Source: Fimbriosthenelais zetlandica
Lineage: Eukaryota
Assembly (NCBI GenBank): GCA_977030845.1
Contig: OZ365110.1
Coordinates: forward strand, 17,856,001 to 17,920,000
Reading direction: 5' to 3'
DNA: 64,000 bases
Shown: piece by piece, positions 1 through 13,450 of the stretch
Layout: each line of letters opens with the position of its first letter
Numbering within the stretch: position 1 is the first letter of the stretch
The notes under the pieces: generated by a model
Told to the model about the DNA's origin: nothing
Seen by the model: only the letters and a program-made list of their open reading frames with translations
The model's database searches: none
Program-made: the position numbers and the translations under genes

Positions 1-3000
1 TCATGCATCACTCAAAGGAGACCGGTGCCATCCCGTCGAGGCAACATAGTCAGCTACTGCAGCATAGCTGTGCAATGTCATGATTAGGAAGGGTAAAAAA
101 AAAGGTGGCAGAGAAGAGCAAGCTCTGCAGTGCTAAACTGCTTATTCCAAAAAATGAATGGATGCTTCTAGGATGTGGAAATGGATGGGCAGATTCATGT
201 ATGGAAGAAGGAAGGGAAAAGGAAGTGAAGTGGTACCAGATAAAAGTTAATGCCATTTCCAACTTATACATGATGAAAATGTTTTACTCGACATTTTATG
301 GTATGTTCAATCTTTAGTTTAGAACACTTTAGGGTAGTGCTCAAAATGGAAGCATCCCATGTGCATATGATGTTAATCATGATGAATACCAAGAACTCCA
401 AAAATTGGAATTAATCAAAATCATGCAAATGGCAAATTCATGTACCATTAGGGAGGTACATTATGATATGGGCTCAGGTTCGAGAGATTATTCCCCCACA
501 ATTCTATATACTACACCCATGGCATGTTGGGGCATTTGAACATGATAATATCTCGAGTTGGAAAATTGATTTTACAACACTTGTGTAAATTGTGTACATG
601 CAAGTAAGGACGGGCAGGTTTCAGGTGACCCGGCCTGACCTGAGCTAAACTGATCGAGTATGCAGATCAACCATTCCTGTTGACATATGATAATGATATG
701 CACATAGACCTGGGCTTATCCAACCCCCACTCAGCTATAGCATGCTTAGCCTTGCTATAGGCTTGGGCTTCGTCATATAGGCAGCCAATCAGCACCAGCA
801 AGTGGGTAAGGGCTTCAACAAGACTTGATGCCCTCCGTTCAGAATCAATATAATATGATCTTCTATTTTGTTGGAGAAAAATAGATTTAATTGTTACCAC
901 GATTGGAATCAAAGTTAAAAAATATTTTCCTCCTCTCCCAATGCGTGCCATACTAGAATTATCAGGAAATTTGGAAGGAAATCCCCCAAGAGATGACTGA
1001 GTACTAATCCCCTAATCCTCAGGGATCTATGCTGCAGTTGGCTTAGACCAGTGTTTAGATCGTGATGCAGGGTGGGATGCACACCCTGGCAACCAATCAG
1101 AGGGCTTGTTTGCTTTGTGGTGTTGTCTCGTGAGTGGGGCGGGTCTGAAGCGATCTGGTATGGAGCAGGATCCCCTGGCCCGGCTTATTCCCTGTCATAC
1201 ACTCATCACTGCTGACGCTTGCATATATGGATGTGTCAACAAAATGGCGGCTTATAGGGACCTGCCGACACACCATGAATGAAGGTATAAAACAATGACC
1301 ACCCACATTCACCCAGCTTCCAACATGCTATGATGCCAACATTGAACTTTCCATAGCCTCTCTCTTAATTAAAGTGTATTGGCAGAAAGTCTTTAGATAA
1401 ACAGCTAGAATGATTATTCCCTGGTTCATTATTTATATAGGATCTTATACCCAATTAAATCCGAAGAAAGCCCATCGGATAAAAACAATTAATTTCTCTC
1501 ATTTAAATATGATATCCACTATGGTCCTAACATTGTCTAATGGGCCCTGACATTGAATAAATCTGTAAGGCACCGTCTCTATAGAAAAGCCAGCTGCGGA
1601 AAAGTAGGTTTCAAATGCATAGCTAGGTTCTTCTGCAATGGGAATTATCCCTGGTGTATTGGTATGTCATAATCTCTGATAAGTATGGCTCGAATGTATT
1701 TCACTACGGCCGGAAATGAACTAGTGCAGGTTGCCAAATCTTGCACTAATCAGTATTAGATTTACTACATATACGGTAATAATATAATATTTTATACATA
1801 ATATGCATCAAGTGTCCCTGGTTAATGGACATCTTAAAACATTAGGAAATCATCAAACATTAACATTGGGATCGATCCGAAGAAGATCGCCAATGCTAGC
1901 CAGGAAACTAAAATAAACTTCAATTTAATTCAGAGACATTCGTCTGGTATTTACATTGACTAGGCGATGGGCACACACACAAACAGGGTAAGCCTGCGTT
2001 ACCATGGCATAGCGACCCGACAAAACATCCCGGCGACAAACATGGCTGCCACCATCACCACAGTCTCTTGGAAACAAGGGTCACTGATTGTTTCAATACA
2101 GACAGACTGTACAAAATACCATTTAGCACTGAGGCTCTAAATTAACCATTATAACTGATCTCATTATAGTTGATCTCATTACAGAAGTGGGTTTAAAATG
2201 TTCTGAGCATTACAAGGATTAATTTTTATTCTGATAATTAAAGTAGGACTAATTATAATCTTCTACTATTATAAGTCAGGCCTATACAATAATACTCGGA
2301 AAATTGGCAACTATTAAGTAGTTAATATGTGGATTTTTTTATTGTAGAATGCTGATATTAAGTTATAGATCTAGGCTGATGGGAGTAGCCAGGTCGGACA
2401 ATAATAAGGCAAATCACAGCACCATCAGAATGAGAGATGGTCAACCAATATACAAGCCTAGATATGGGCAGTGAAAATTGGGTTAAGCTTTTTTTCTAAT
2501 GTATATGTACGAAGGTTCTGGGCCTCATTTATCGAGAATAAATTAACATTGGTCCGATAAGAAATATTTTAAAATAGCCTATCATGGGAACATTTCTTCA
2601 AGTTCATCTCATTTAAAACTACACTCCAGCTTCTGTCCCAACTGTCCTTCGAGAGGATATAATTAGGTCGATTGTGAGGCCATCTGGTAACGGTCTACGG
2701 CATCAGTTATGGTAGCAGACTGTCCCAATTCTCGCCCTAGTCCACTTTGTTTGTTCAAAAAACAAACCTATTCAAAGACACGAGTTCCAACTCTTCCCAC
2801 TAGGCGCACATTGTTAGCACCAGTTGGACGTGTAATGCACTCTGTTTTCTAACCACAATTTATAACTTTATGTATTGATTTCCCCAAGAACTGGATATCC
2901 TAAACATAATGAATTTCAGTGGGCAGGAAACTGATAAATTAAAATTATAAGTTCCTCTGAGACGATTAGACGATATGACTTAAATTATTACTAAAGATTA

Positions 3001-3082
3001 ATACTTAAAATTATTTATTAAACTTACAAACTATAATATGCTTAATCTTTAGTGTTAAATGATATAAAATAAAGTTACTCAC

Positions 3083-6000
3083 CTCTACGTCGATCCAGAA
3101 CTGCCATGGTTTATTAGGTTTGGTGCCATAGCAGTAATATATGAAATAGGTCTCCTGTGTCACACCAGGGGGCGTCAGTGTGGAGTGAGGAACGCCATTA
3201 CCAACAGACCAAGCCGTGAGATTCACTCCCTCCTTAGGTGACAGGTATACAATGATGTGATTAGGTCCTGAAATTAAGACGAGTCCTATGTTATAAAAGG
3301 CACTTAAAACTGAATCCATATACATATATACTTATTACATATAATTTGAATAACGAAATTTGAATAAAGAAAAGCTAAAAAAAGAAAATTCCACCTACCC
3401 ATTGTTTCCATAGTGATGCGTTCGTGACCACCCATGGCTTTTCTGCTAACCACACTGAAACTGGGTTTTTCTACAGTCAGTTGTGGACCTTCAATATAGA
3501 ATGTGTACCTGAAAGGAGGAGGAAAGTGTCAATAAATGTCAATAAATGTCAAATATTATTCACATTATCCTATTCTAAAGGAATTATATTTCAAACAGAA
3601 ATACAACTGCAAGTAATGTTTGAATTAAGAAAGATTGAAAGCAAGGCATAGATCTGCAAGCTTACTTCATTATGGGCATCATTGGGAAGTAGAAGGGCCA
3701 GCCACAGTAGGGTCCCTCACAGTTAGTTGGCTTAGCTTCATCAATGAGAGGTACAAGACCCTTGAGGGGCGCGAGGGCATAATGGTCAAATGGAATCAAC
3801 CAGAGACCGGAGTCCTTTTTGCTGATTTCTCCATTGACATCATGGAATGTTCTATCAATATGCTGCAAGCAGAAAACAAAGGGATTTATGATTAAAGAAA
3901 TAAAAGAAGCAGTGTTGATTATCATGAATCAATAAAGGCATGTTGGCAAATAGCAAGACAAGGTAAACTGCAGCTTCAACATACATGGAGGATGTGTCTT
4001 TGACGACTAGGACCGGCTTCATCGCTTCTATAGGGGAAGCCAAGCGGAGTGAAGACAACCAGGCCTAAAGTAACGAGGAATACGGTCCCCAGTATATACA
4101 GCACTGGACGGATGTGCTTCGTAACGTAAACTAAACTAGTCTGGAAAAAAGAAAATATTTCTTCTTTTTTTTAGAATTCTTCTGCAGGTTACATAGGAAT
4201 TTGTTAGAAAAAATTGTTTTAGTGATAATCATACAAAGTATGTTACTTTTGAAAGTAAATTTCTTTTGTGAAATCGAAAGATGTGTATAGAAATTTTAGG
4301 GCTTACATGTGGTGAGAATAATAGAAGGGTCATGAAGCTCATGACAGCAGCAATGAAGACATCAGGGATGATACCAGCGCCTATACGACCCAGGACGGGA
4401 ATGAACATGTCAAGAATACCATGGAGGAAATAGAGCTCCAGCAGGGTGGGGAAGGCTGTACTGACTAGGTGGAGGAACACGAAGCTCCGGTGGTGTTCTG
4501 AAAAATACAAAAAAATAACAGGTATAATTACTAAAAAAACAAAACAAAGAAAAACAACAAAGGTTTGTTTCTAATTAGAAAATTGTATCATACTTGAGTC
4601 TTCGCCAGATAGGAAAGTTATTATTATTCAGTATATCAGCTAAACATATGCATTCAATCAGAAAATGATGGCATTTTGGGAATTAGAAATGTATACATGT
4701 GTTAGAGATAAATTAACAGTGATATATGGACATGGATGAAAAATACATGTAAATCATACCTTTATAATTTAAAAATATAAATCACAAAACCGATTTTAAT
4801 AAATTGATCATAGTTGTAACGTTTGAAACTTACCTCTAAAGTTAATTCCAAGCATGGTTGGAAGTTTATCCCTAAGCATCAAGGGTAGGAATGTTGAGAC
4901 TAGGAAGAGGACGGCCGAGTTGAGGCCTTTGTAAGTCATGAGGGCCAAAACAACGGACATCAAGGCAATTGTGGCATCAAAAAAGATGTGCTCCACTTCC
5001 CAATGATTATGCATATTCTGAAGCAAAAAAGAGACTAAAATTGTTGACGTGTGAACATATGCGATTCCTACATACATTTCGAAGCAAACATGTTCAAAAT
5101 GGATATTGCTATTTTACGCACTATTTTCAAACTTCATTAACTTCACAAACTTCATCAGAAATCCCGTGTAACTACTCCAGCACCACCCACAAACTGCCTC
5201 AGCTCATTTAAAGTGAATGAGAGAGAAACATAAGTAAGTCCTGTCCCCATCTTTTACAATTTTATTTGACATTTTCTCCTTTTAAGTGACCTTCATTTGA
5301 CTCACCTTATAAAACTTATGTTTGATGAGATCATGGAGGGCGAGATTAACAGCTAGAGAGGGGGCCACGTACAGGCCGAGGATGGTCAGAGGTCGCGTGT
5401 ACCAGGACATGGGACGGACGAGCATCATGACGTAACCCAAACATACCATCACTACTAGAGTAGCCAGCCATGTGGCCAGGGTCACTCCAAACACCTTCAC
5501 CAACTCCCCCAAGTACCGCCTCCCATAGATACCTGAAGTGAAAATCAAATAGGTAAGGGATTGTGGATTTTAAAGTCAATCTGTTTCAAATATTCCAATT
5601 TTTATTTTTGTATTGAAACTCTCTGAAGCTTAACCACAGACCTGGTTGCTTATGTTTTCCCATCACTTTTTTCATGATTCCCACCAGGACGAAGACGACT
5701 GTTGCCACGTTGAGGATGATACCCAGTCGAGCAGGGTAGAGGACTACAAAAAGACCGACGACATCAAAGAAAACAAGACTGCCGTGTTTGTATTCTCCAG
5801 CGTCAGCCAGGAGGGGCGAGTTAGCCAGAGACTTAACCAAGGCCAAGAGATTCTCACCTGAAGGGAAAAAATGAAATGAATTAATCTAAAAGTTGGCAAG
5901 AGGAACTAGACATGTTTACAGATGGAAAGTAATATTATTGTAGATTTAATTAAAATTATTGTTTACCTCCGCGCTGGACGCAGCCAGGAGGGATCATGGA

Positions 6001-7713
6001 CGGATTATCCCACTTGGTGTGATACACATATCCATTGTGAATGTACGCTATGTCCAAACCTAAACCAAAAGAAATTAATACGGGCATTAACTACATCCCA
6101 GAACAGATGAATTAATCTAAAGAGAAGACACAATTTAGAATTTGAAAAAAGGTGTAGGTGAGGACATACCTGGGATATTACCATAATCCCTAAATATTCT
6201 AAAGTCTGTGTCTGAGGGAATGAGCCCGCTCTCAAACACCTCCTGGCCAAACACAGAGGCAAACGGATGAGGCACATTCTGAGCGTAGGTCTGAGTAAGC
6301 CAGGGGTGTTCTGGCCCTGAAAGTGAAAAGAAAATCCACAAATGACTAAACATAAAATAATGCCAGTACAATGTATTTGGTATTTTTTTTTTTATATTTA
6401 GACAATTAGTCCTAACTTATGGAAATAAAAAAGATGAATAGGCTAACCCTTAAGTCAGGGGGCTGAGGCAGCATAAAAACAAACCTGCTTGAAAGAGGAG
6501 TTCTCTACCCCCTGCACCAGCAGAATCAAGATTGACGAATGCCCTGACATCTTTTGCCCATTCATGCTGGGTGATAAATCCATGGCTGGCCTACAAAATG
6601 TGAAGGGTGGATGGTACAAACAGGCATAGGCCATAGCGATACTTTCAGGCAATGCAACTAAAATGATAACTGTGTTATTGTGAAATGTCTTGTAAGTTAT
6701 TATTATGAATTAATTAATTGTCTATACTCTTACCTGTAGGATATTTTCTTCGGCGCCATTAAATATGAAGATTACGTTGTGTGTCAAGGGAGTAGAACTT
6801 TGAGCAAGTACATCTAGAACTTCGAGCATTAAACAACACGTGACAGCATCATCACTGGCACCTAGGGGAAATAATATCACAACTTTAAGCCTAGCTACGA
6901 GGTACTGATAATGAATGAATACTGATTAAATCTTAGGTCTACGGTATATTTTCTATTAGGTTAGGCCTTATATTATAAACTCTTGATGACACCCAATAGC
7001 AATACAATTTAGCTGATTAACACCAGAGACTAATTACGAAAAAATACCGATATGGAAATAGATTTATGTATTGTATAGAAGATAGAGGTTAGGCATACCA
7101 GGTATTGCTATTGCCTATATTAAATAAGTTATGTTTTGGTTTATACTGAAAAATATGAATTACCAGGGCTATCCAATACTGTATCATAGTGGCAATTGAC
7201 TAGAAGGCTGTCATTAGCTCCAGAGGCTGGTGCAAATTTAACAATCACATTTTTCACATTCTCATAAACACTTGAGAACTCGCCAAGGAATTTAAGTGTG
7301 AAAGAGCCTGTAGTTAATTGAACATCTACATCTAAATTGTGAGAAGGGGTTTTCCTTTTCTTGATTTCAGCAACTTTCCCAAGGAGATAGTTTACGACAA
7401 GCACTTCGTTGGCTTCAGCGCCAACCTCTCTGGGCCCAAAGCCTGTAATGTCATCCAGGTAATTTCTTGCTCTCTCTTCCACAAACTCGCCTGGGCGTGC
7501 CTCCTTCACGGTCTTGGGTTTGGGTAGAGTGAAGTACCGCAAATGAACAAAATACCCCAAACAAATGACAAATGCTAGAATGAAAACCCATGTTTTCCAA
7601 TGGAGATCAGATCCAACTTTTGATCGAGTTTTCGACTCATCAGGCCCGTCACTGTATTTATCTGCAGGATATTTTACCGGTCCCGTCGCTCTCTGCCGCA
7701 TGTTGGCCGCCAT
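3083..7713 (-). CDS. ERMP1: Endoplasmic reticulum metallopeptidase 1 (M28 family), 13 exons, 3'-partial
   Basis: Exons 7713-7164, 6861-6734, 6590-6485, 6316-6170, 6059-5967, 5857-5642, 5532-5306, 5017-4834, 4497-4307, 4140-3985, 3862-3666, 3508-3399, 3267-3083. All are GT-AG and phase-consistent (830 codons). M28 motifs [31 protein letters not shown] and YHTKWD are followed by multiple TM segments. No terminal exon was recognised in 1-3082. Confidence 0.95.
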
Positions 7714-7954
7714 GTTTACACTAAAACGTTACTGCGGAGCTATTCTCTACACTCGTTACCATAAATATAAAATAAGTACTTAATACCGGTAATATGCAAT
7801 AATATTTATTTTCAAATAAATAATGATACATTAATTAGATAGGATAGTGGCCTATAGAATTATTTGATATTTCCATTCTATGCGAGGCAGTCTTTGTCAA
7901 CAGCCAGGACAGAAGGACAGAACTTCAGAACTGAGAAGGGGCGGGCAGAACACG
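7714..7954. promoter_or_regulatory. Bidirectional promoter ERMP1/ZRANB2
   Basis: Divergent start codons 241 bp apart. A YY1-type AAACATGGCGGC overlaps the ERMP1 ATG (7706-7717, minus). GC-box-like GGGGCGGGC lies near 7938. Confidence 0.7.
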
Positions 7955-10900
7955 ATGTCGGGGAGATCATTCCGACCAAGTGAAGGGGACTGGACTTGCC
8001 CAGATCCAAAGTAAGCGTTTAAAGATATATTACAACAACGAAACTTTTGGATCCTTTTAAATTGATCTTATATTTGAGTACTATTGCCCTCCCTCCAGCG
8101 CACTGTCAGTGTCACTGTACTGTACTGTAGTGTCACTCTGGCTCTGCCTCTACTACTAGTCTAGTTCTACTCTACTCTAGTGACTGGATCTGGGTGTCAA
8201 TGCAAATGCTGCCTTGCCCCGCCCAAGTGACAGATTGGCACATGGACCCGAACACGTGTCCAGATCCCGGGCATTCGAGACTGATTTGATACATGAACCT
8301 TTTCTCGTGCTGTCAATGTTGTGACATTTGGGTCGTTGTAACGGGTTGCGGGTTTACAACTCCCACCGTTTTCCCCTATAGAGGCTAGTTCACTTATTGC
8401 TCGTTCGGGGCGTACTCGTACAGCTAGTTGGCAAGTTGAAGGCGGGAGAAACAGGGGGGCCTTCGACTTGTGAACCCCCACCCCCCCTATCACCAAAATA
8501 ACGCATGTTTTTTGTTGTTTTTAGTTGTTCATCCTATTAAACTGCTCTGTAAAATTATATAAGGCTAGTTTCAATTTTATGTTGCTCCCAGATGTGGCAA
8601 CGTGAACTTTTCCAGACGTACACACTGCAACCGCTGCGGAAAAGGTAGGCATAAATTGAATTTAGCCATAATTATCTGTAGGCTAGATAATATGGATCAA
8701 AAAATAAAATGCTCACCCCTGAAAATTGAAATTGAAATTAATTGCCTATGATAGTATCTGATTATGAATTGTACAACTGAACTGGAAGTATTAAGTATTA
8801 AATATCCAACTACTTTTTATTCAGGCAGGGAAGAGGGAGGAAAGGACAAGAAAGGTGGCATAGAAATAGGCAAAGCCATGGCTGAGAAAAGTCGAGGACT
8901 ATTCAGTGCGGACGACTGGCAGTGTAAGACGTGTGGAAACGTTAACTGGGCAAGGAGAACCTCTTGTAACATGTGTAATGCCCCCAAATTCGGAAAGATT
9001 GAAGAACGTACAGGTAAATTAAGAAATATATTAATTAAATCGTAATATGTTTTTAATACTAATAGATTTCCTTTTCTTACCCCTACCGTTTAGGGATAAA
9101 GTCAAAAAAGTATTATCAACTATCGAGAGTTAAAGCAATGTGTCACATTTCTCAGGGTACGGAGGTGGATATATGGAACGCGATGAAGTTGTAGAATACA
9201 TCAAAAGAGACGAATCATCCGATGATGAGTTTGATGAGGTAATCATTTCTGTTCCTTCCTATACTGTACTGTGTACAGATAGTTAATTGAATTGTTATAT
9301 AGAAAGTATTTAATTTTACTAACGACCAGAGTGAGATAATACTTGAGTGTAATTCTACGGCTATTCTCTTTTTTTTCTGTGAAATTATAAAGAAACTTGT
9401 TTTGTTAAATTAATTTAATTTTCCATGAATTTCAGTTTGGCAGGAGAAAGCGGAGGAGAAGCAGTGGAGGGAAAGCCCAGGTGCAGACCCCCACTCGACC
9501 CCCTCCCTCTACCTCAGCCACGGTCTCAGAGGAGGAGGAGGACGAGGATGAAGGAGACACGTCTAAATATAAACTAGAGTCAGATGATGACGATGACGTA
9601 AGTTACATGTGACGTACTTGTTTAGATCATATCACTTTTGTACTTTTGGGGCAATCCATATCAAATCGTCTGATGGCAAAAATAAATCTCCGATGATTTT
9701 GATCAAATAGAAAAGAGCCATCGTCTATACCAATCACTTTGGTACTATTGTATCTTTAGGACTGACACTCGCCTATTCACTCATATAAAGTATTCAAGTC
9801 TTATACCACTAATTCTAAAGAATATATCGTTGTACTTGATGAATGTTATTTTATGTGGAACTAACGTTATAACTTGATATTGTTGTGAACGTAGTAGCGC
9901 ATTTACAGGCAGGACACAAGTCCTACATACATCTTGATTTTGGTGTGATTTTTCTTCATTATCAGGATGATGTGGACCTTTCTAAGTATGCCCTTGATGA
10001 AGACGATGCTGAGGAAATCAAGAAAACCCAAACCAAGTCCTCACGTTCCCGCTCCAAATCATCCAGTTCCTCCTCTTCCTCACGCTCCTCCAGGTCTTCC
10101 TCTTCACGGTCTTCGTCTTCCAGGAGCTCGTCCCGCTCCCGCTCTCGCTCCCATTCCAAATCCAAGTCACATTCTTCATCGCGGAAGCGCAGTCACTCGC
10201 GCTCCAGGTCCAGGTAACGTGGTAATGGGTAATGTTGGTGATGATGCTCGGTTCACACCAACCACAACAAAACAAAGGTCGATATCAGTTTCTAGCTACA
10301 GGAGATACACATTCAACAAGAAATTTGAGTCATGATATTTATTTATTGATTTATATAATGTATTATATTTTATTTTATTTTGAGTCTTTTTTTGCGATAG
10401 ATGAGTTGGTAATTGAAAAATTACTTTTATTTCTTCTTGATTTAATCGTGGACCCCCTTTTTCTTTCTTTTCTTTGATTTTAAAATTGCCTTTAGTGGAC
10501 ATGGATGTTATTTTTCAAAAGCTTTCTCCGACCTCTTTTACAGTACTATTGATTTTATAAGCCAGAATATTTTACACGTTTCATAACCCAAAACAGAATT
10601 CCACAATCTGTGTGGCCATGCAACATGTCGTTACATTTAAATTCAACCAGATTTTCCATACCTGTATTTACTCTTCTTGCCTTTTAAAGTTAGAATTATT
10701 ATTGCCCTTAACTTACTTGTGTCGAAGGAAGGACAGAATATCCTTCGACGAAGGAGACGGAATACCCTTCCTTAGAATATAAGATACAAATCCATTTCGT
10801 AAATTTTATGTAATCTTATTGTTCCCTCATTCGTAATGAATTTAGCTGTGTATATCATTAATGTACGTGTGATGTTCTGCTGGTAGATCAAGTTCACGTG

Positions 10901-11138
10901 GCTCGCGCAACAGGAAGAGGGGTAGGAGGTCGCCCAGTTCAGGCTCAAGTTCTCCAGGATCAACTGACGGACGTAGGAAATCGTCAAGGAGGTCGAGGTT
11001 TGACCATGAGTAGCAATTCTAAACAGTTCACTGCCCCACTTTATATGTTGTTTTGCTAAAATTTGCTATACATGTATATTAATTGTTTTATGACATTGAA
11101 TAATTTGTTCCATTTTTTCATTTTTCAGATCCCGTTAG
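7955..11138 (+). CDS. ZRANB2: Zinc finger Ran-binding domain-containing protein 2 (two RanBP2 zinc fingers, acidic linker, RS domain), 303 aa
   Basis: Exons 7955-8010, 8592-8644, 8825-9013, 9156-9238, 9436-9597, 9966-10213, 10887-10997, 11129-11138 (912 nt). Motifs [24 protein letters not shown] and DDWQCKTCGNVNWARRTSCNMC, then an Ser/Arg-rich tail. Confidence 0.95.
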
Positions 11139-13450
11139 GTATTCAGCTGATGTTTATCATTGAAGTGCCATAACCAACAGCGAAAAAAGGAGCGGGAAAT
11201 TCTCAAAGTGAAAAATATTAATTTAAAAAGAAATGGTGAGAAAAAAGAAAGAATAAGCCTTCTTTTCAATCTTGAATGAGATTTGTTGGCCGATGGACAT
11301 TAAAATCAATACAGAAGTGCAGCTTTTTTCACCGCTCTGGTATCATGACGTCTCATCAGTCTCCTTTCTCTTCCCCGGATTTATATGAAGTTGAAATGTC
11401 TTGCTTGTTAAGTCAGTTTGAATGTAGACATTCCCATTTATATCTTAGTCACTAATTTTGAAATTATCCTTGATTCTTTTGGAAAGTGCTTGAAAATTGT
11501 TAACGACAGGTAAGTATGCACGTGTTAGGGATATGTCTATATGTTCGAATAAGTTTCTGTACTACTGAAAGACTTCTAGGTACTGAAATTATTCGTCACT
11601 TGGGGTTCTGTACTTGTATACGATATTGTAGATGGAGATAAACCTACTTAGTGATGTATAGGTGGTTAATCAATAACTGCTGTAAACAAAAAACACTTCA
11701 TTTGTGTTGACATAGAGGTATGGATGCCGGTTGCAGGTGTTCTGTGGAATTGGACTCTACTGCTGAAACGGTTATGTGGTCCATTTCAAATTGAGAAGTC
11801 CTAGATGTATATTGACTACCTCAGTGGACAAAAAAATATATATTATAGACCTTGCAAGTTTAACAGACTCGCTAATTAAGGCAGTGGGTAATATGAAGAC
11901 CTAGAAATGATATTATTTGAATGATTCAATAGACTACATGTACTTAGTGGAAAAAACTTCCAATATAATAAGGGATATTCTAGGGATTCACTTTTAGAAT
12001 ATCAAGATTTTCGGATGGGTATGGAGAGTGGAAGGTGGGATAATTCGGCTTAATTTATGCCTATGATCTAAGTATTTAAAAATACAGGATTTGTGCAGGT
12101 AAGTATGGGGTGTGAGAATTTGAAGATGTCGCAAGGGGGCAAAACAGTACCAGGTCAAAAAGTGTTATTTATGGACTCGTATGGTGGTGTGCGAATTTGT
12201 AAATTTCAGGGCTTGACAATTGTAATTAACTGCTGTTATGCATTGTTGGAATTGAAGTGCATTCAGAAAAATTTAAAGTGTTCTGATCCCGATTGCTGTT
12301 AGTTCTTAGATGTTATCAAAGAGTATTGACTATTTATGCACATAGTGGTCAATGAGAGTTCTTCCACACAATATATTCGGATTTAACTCTGATCACAATT
12401 ACGTTACTTTTGAGTAACATTATGGTGTTACATTGTACTGGAATGAGAGATATTAGCGAGTAATGGGATATATTCATGGTAGGTTCTCTTGAAAAATATG
12501 TCTGCCAAATACGACCTGGGCAATTTTTTTATTAATAGTATAATGTCCCATATCACCTACTGCCATTCTTCGGCAACAATATTGCTCTATAACATTTAAT
12601 AAAGTATGTATAATTAAATTACCATTTCCGAGGTATTCCCGTTATAAACTTAAATTGTCACTAAAATGAGTAATAATTTAGTGGAATTCTCGGCGTTTTC
12701 ATTAAATTTTCTATAAAAATATATAAGTATTATCGTCTACATGATTTATGTCGGGAAATTAATTCATGATGCACCTTGCATTTAGTGATCGTATGCAAAT
12801 TATATTCAGGTTCGGGGACTTGCTATAGATATTTAACCCCAATAATCATATTATGTTATATCAGTTATGTACTTGTTGATTTAACCCATTTGGTTTCCCG
12901 TTTTAAAGTATATATACCATCCTTATTTAGTGGGATTGGGGAGGCTATTGGATAAGTACGATTATTAATGTTGACCACTCGGTTCATTACTGTCATTAAC
13001 ACGAAATCTGTGTGTAACTTAGGTTCAGTGAACACGTGTATCCCCTGATTGAAAGGTTAAATTTAGACAGTTGGTTCAGTTAAAAGAGGTCTAATCCGTG
13101 GACCTCAGCAATTTGGTCATTATTTTTAATTCAAGAAAGGCTTTTACTAGATGTTCCACAAAGCTTTGAGATTCGGGGGTCGGGAATCGGAACTGATTTC
13201 TACATTGGAGTTTGTGGTAGATCGTGATGACATTGCTGTGTAGACATTAAACAATAAACTAACATGCCATTCATAATACCTCTTCTATTTAATTATCACT
13301 TGCAACAAAATATATTTTTATATTGAGATGGCAAAGTTATTAATATTGGGAAACGGACACATTTTCAATTACTTGTAAGAGTTTAATATGATCACAACTA
13401 GGTATATCACTTGTAAATTTGCGTTTGTCTATTCACTAGAAAGGAAAGTA

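Noticed and set aside
480-1320. Possible Gypsy integrase/RNase H relics (HGMLGH...CKLC; ITADAC.YG)
   Set aside because: Motifs too degenerate to call. The region looks like decayed repeat, but no family can be supported.
2723-2752. Minus-strand KQSGLGRELG resembling the ALDH C-terminal signature (and a nearby SRCR-like GTVC)
   Set aside because: The flanking PFGG and Y...KTV motifs are absent, there are no splice sites, and stops are adjacent; chance match.
9962-10165. Minus-strand Glu/Arg-rich ORF
   Set aside because: Antisense shadow of the ZRANB2 RS-domain exon.
12833-13062. TTAACCC...GGTTAA piggyBac-like ends
   Set aside because: Arms do not match beyond a few bases.
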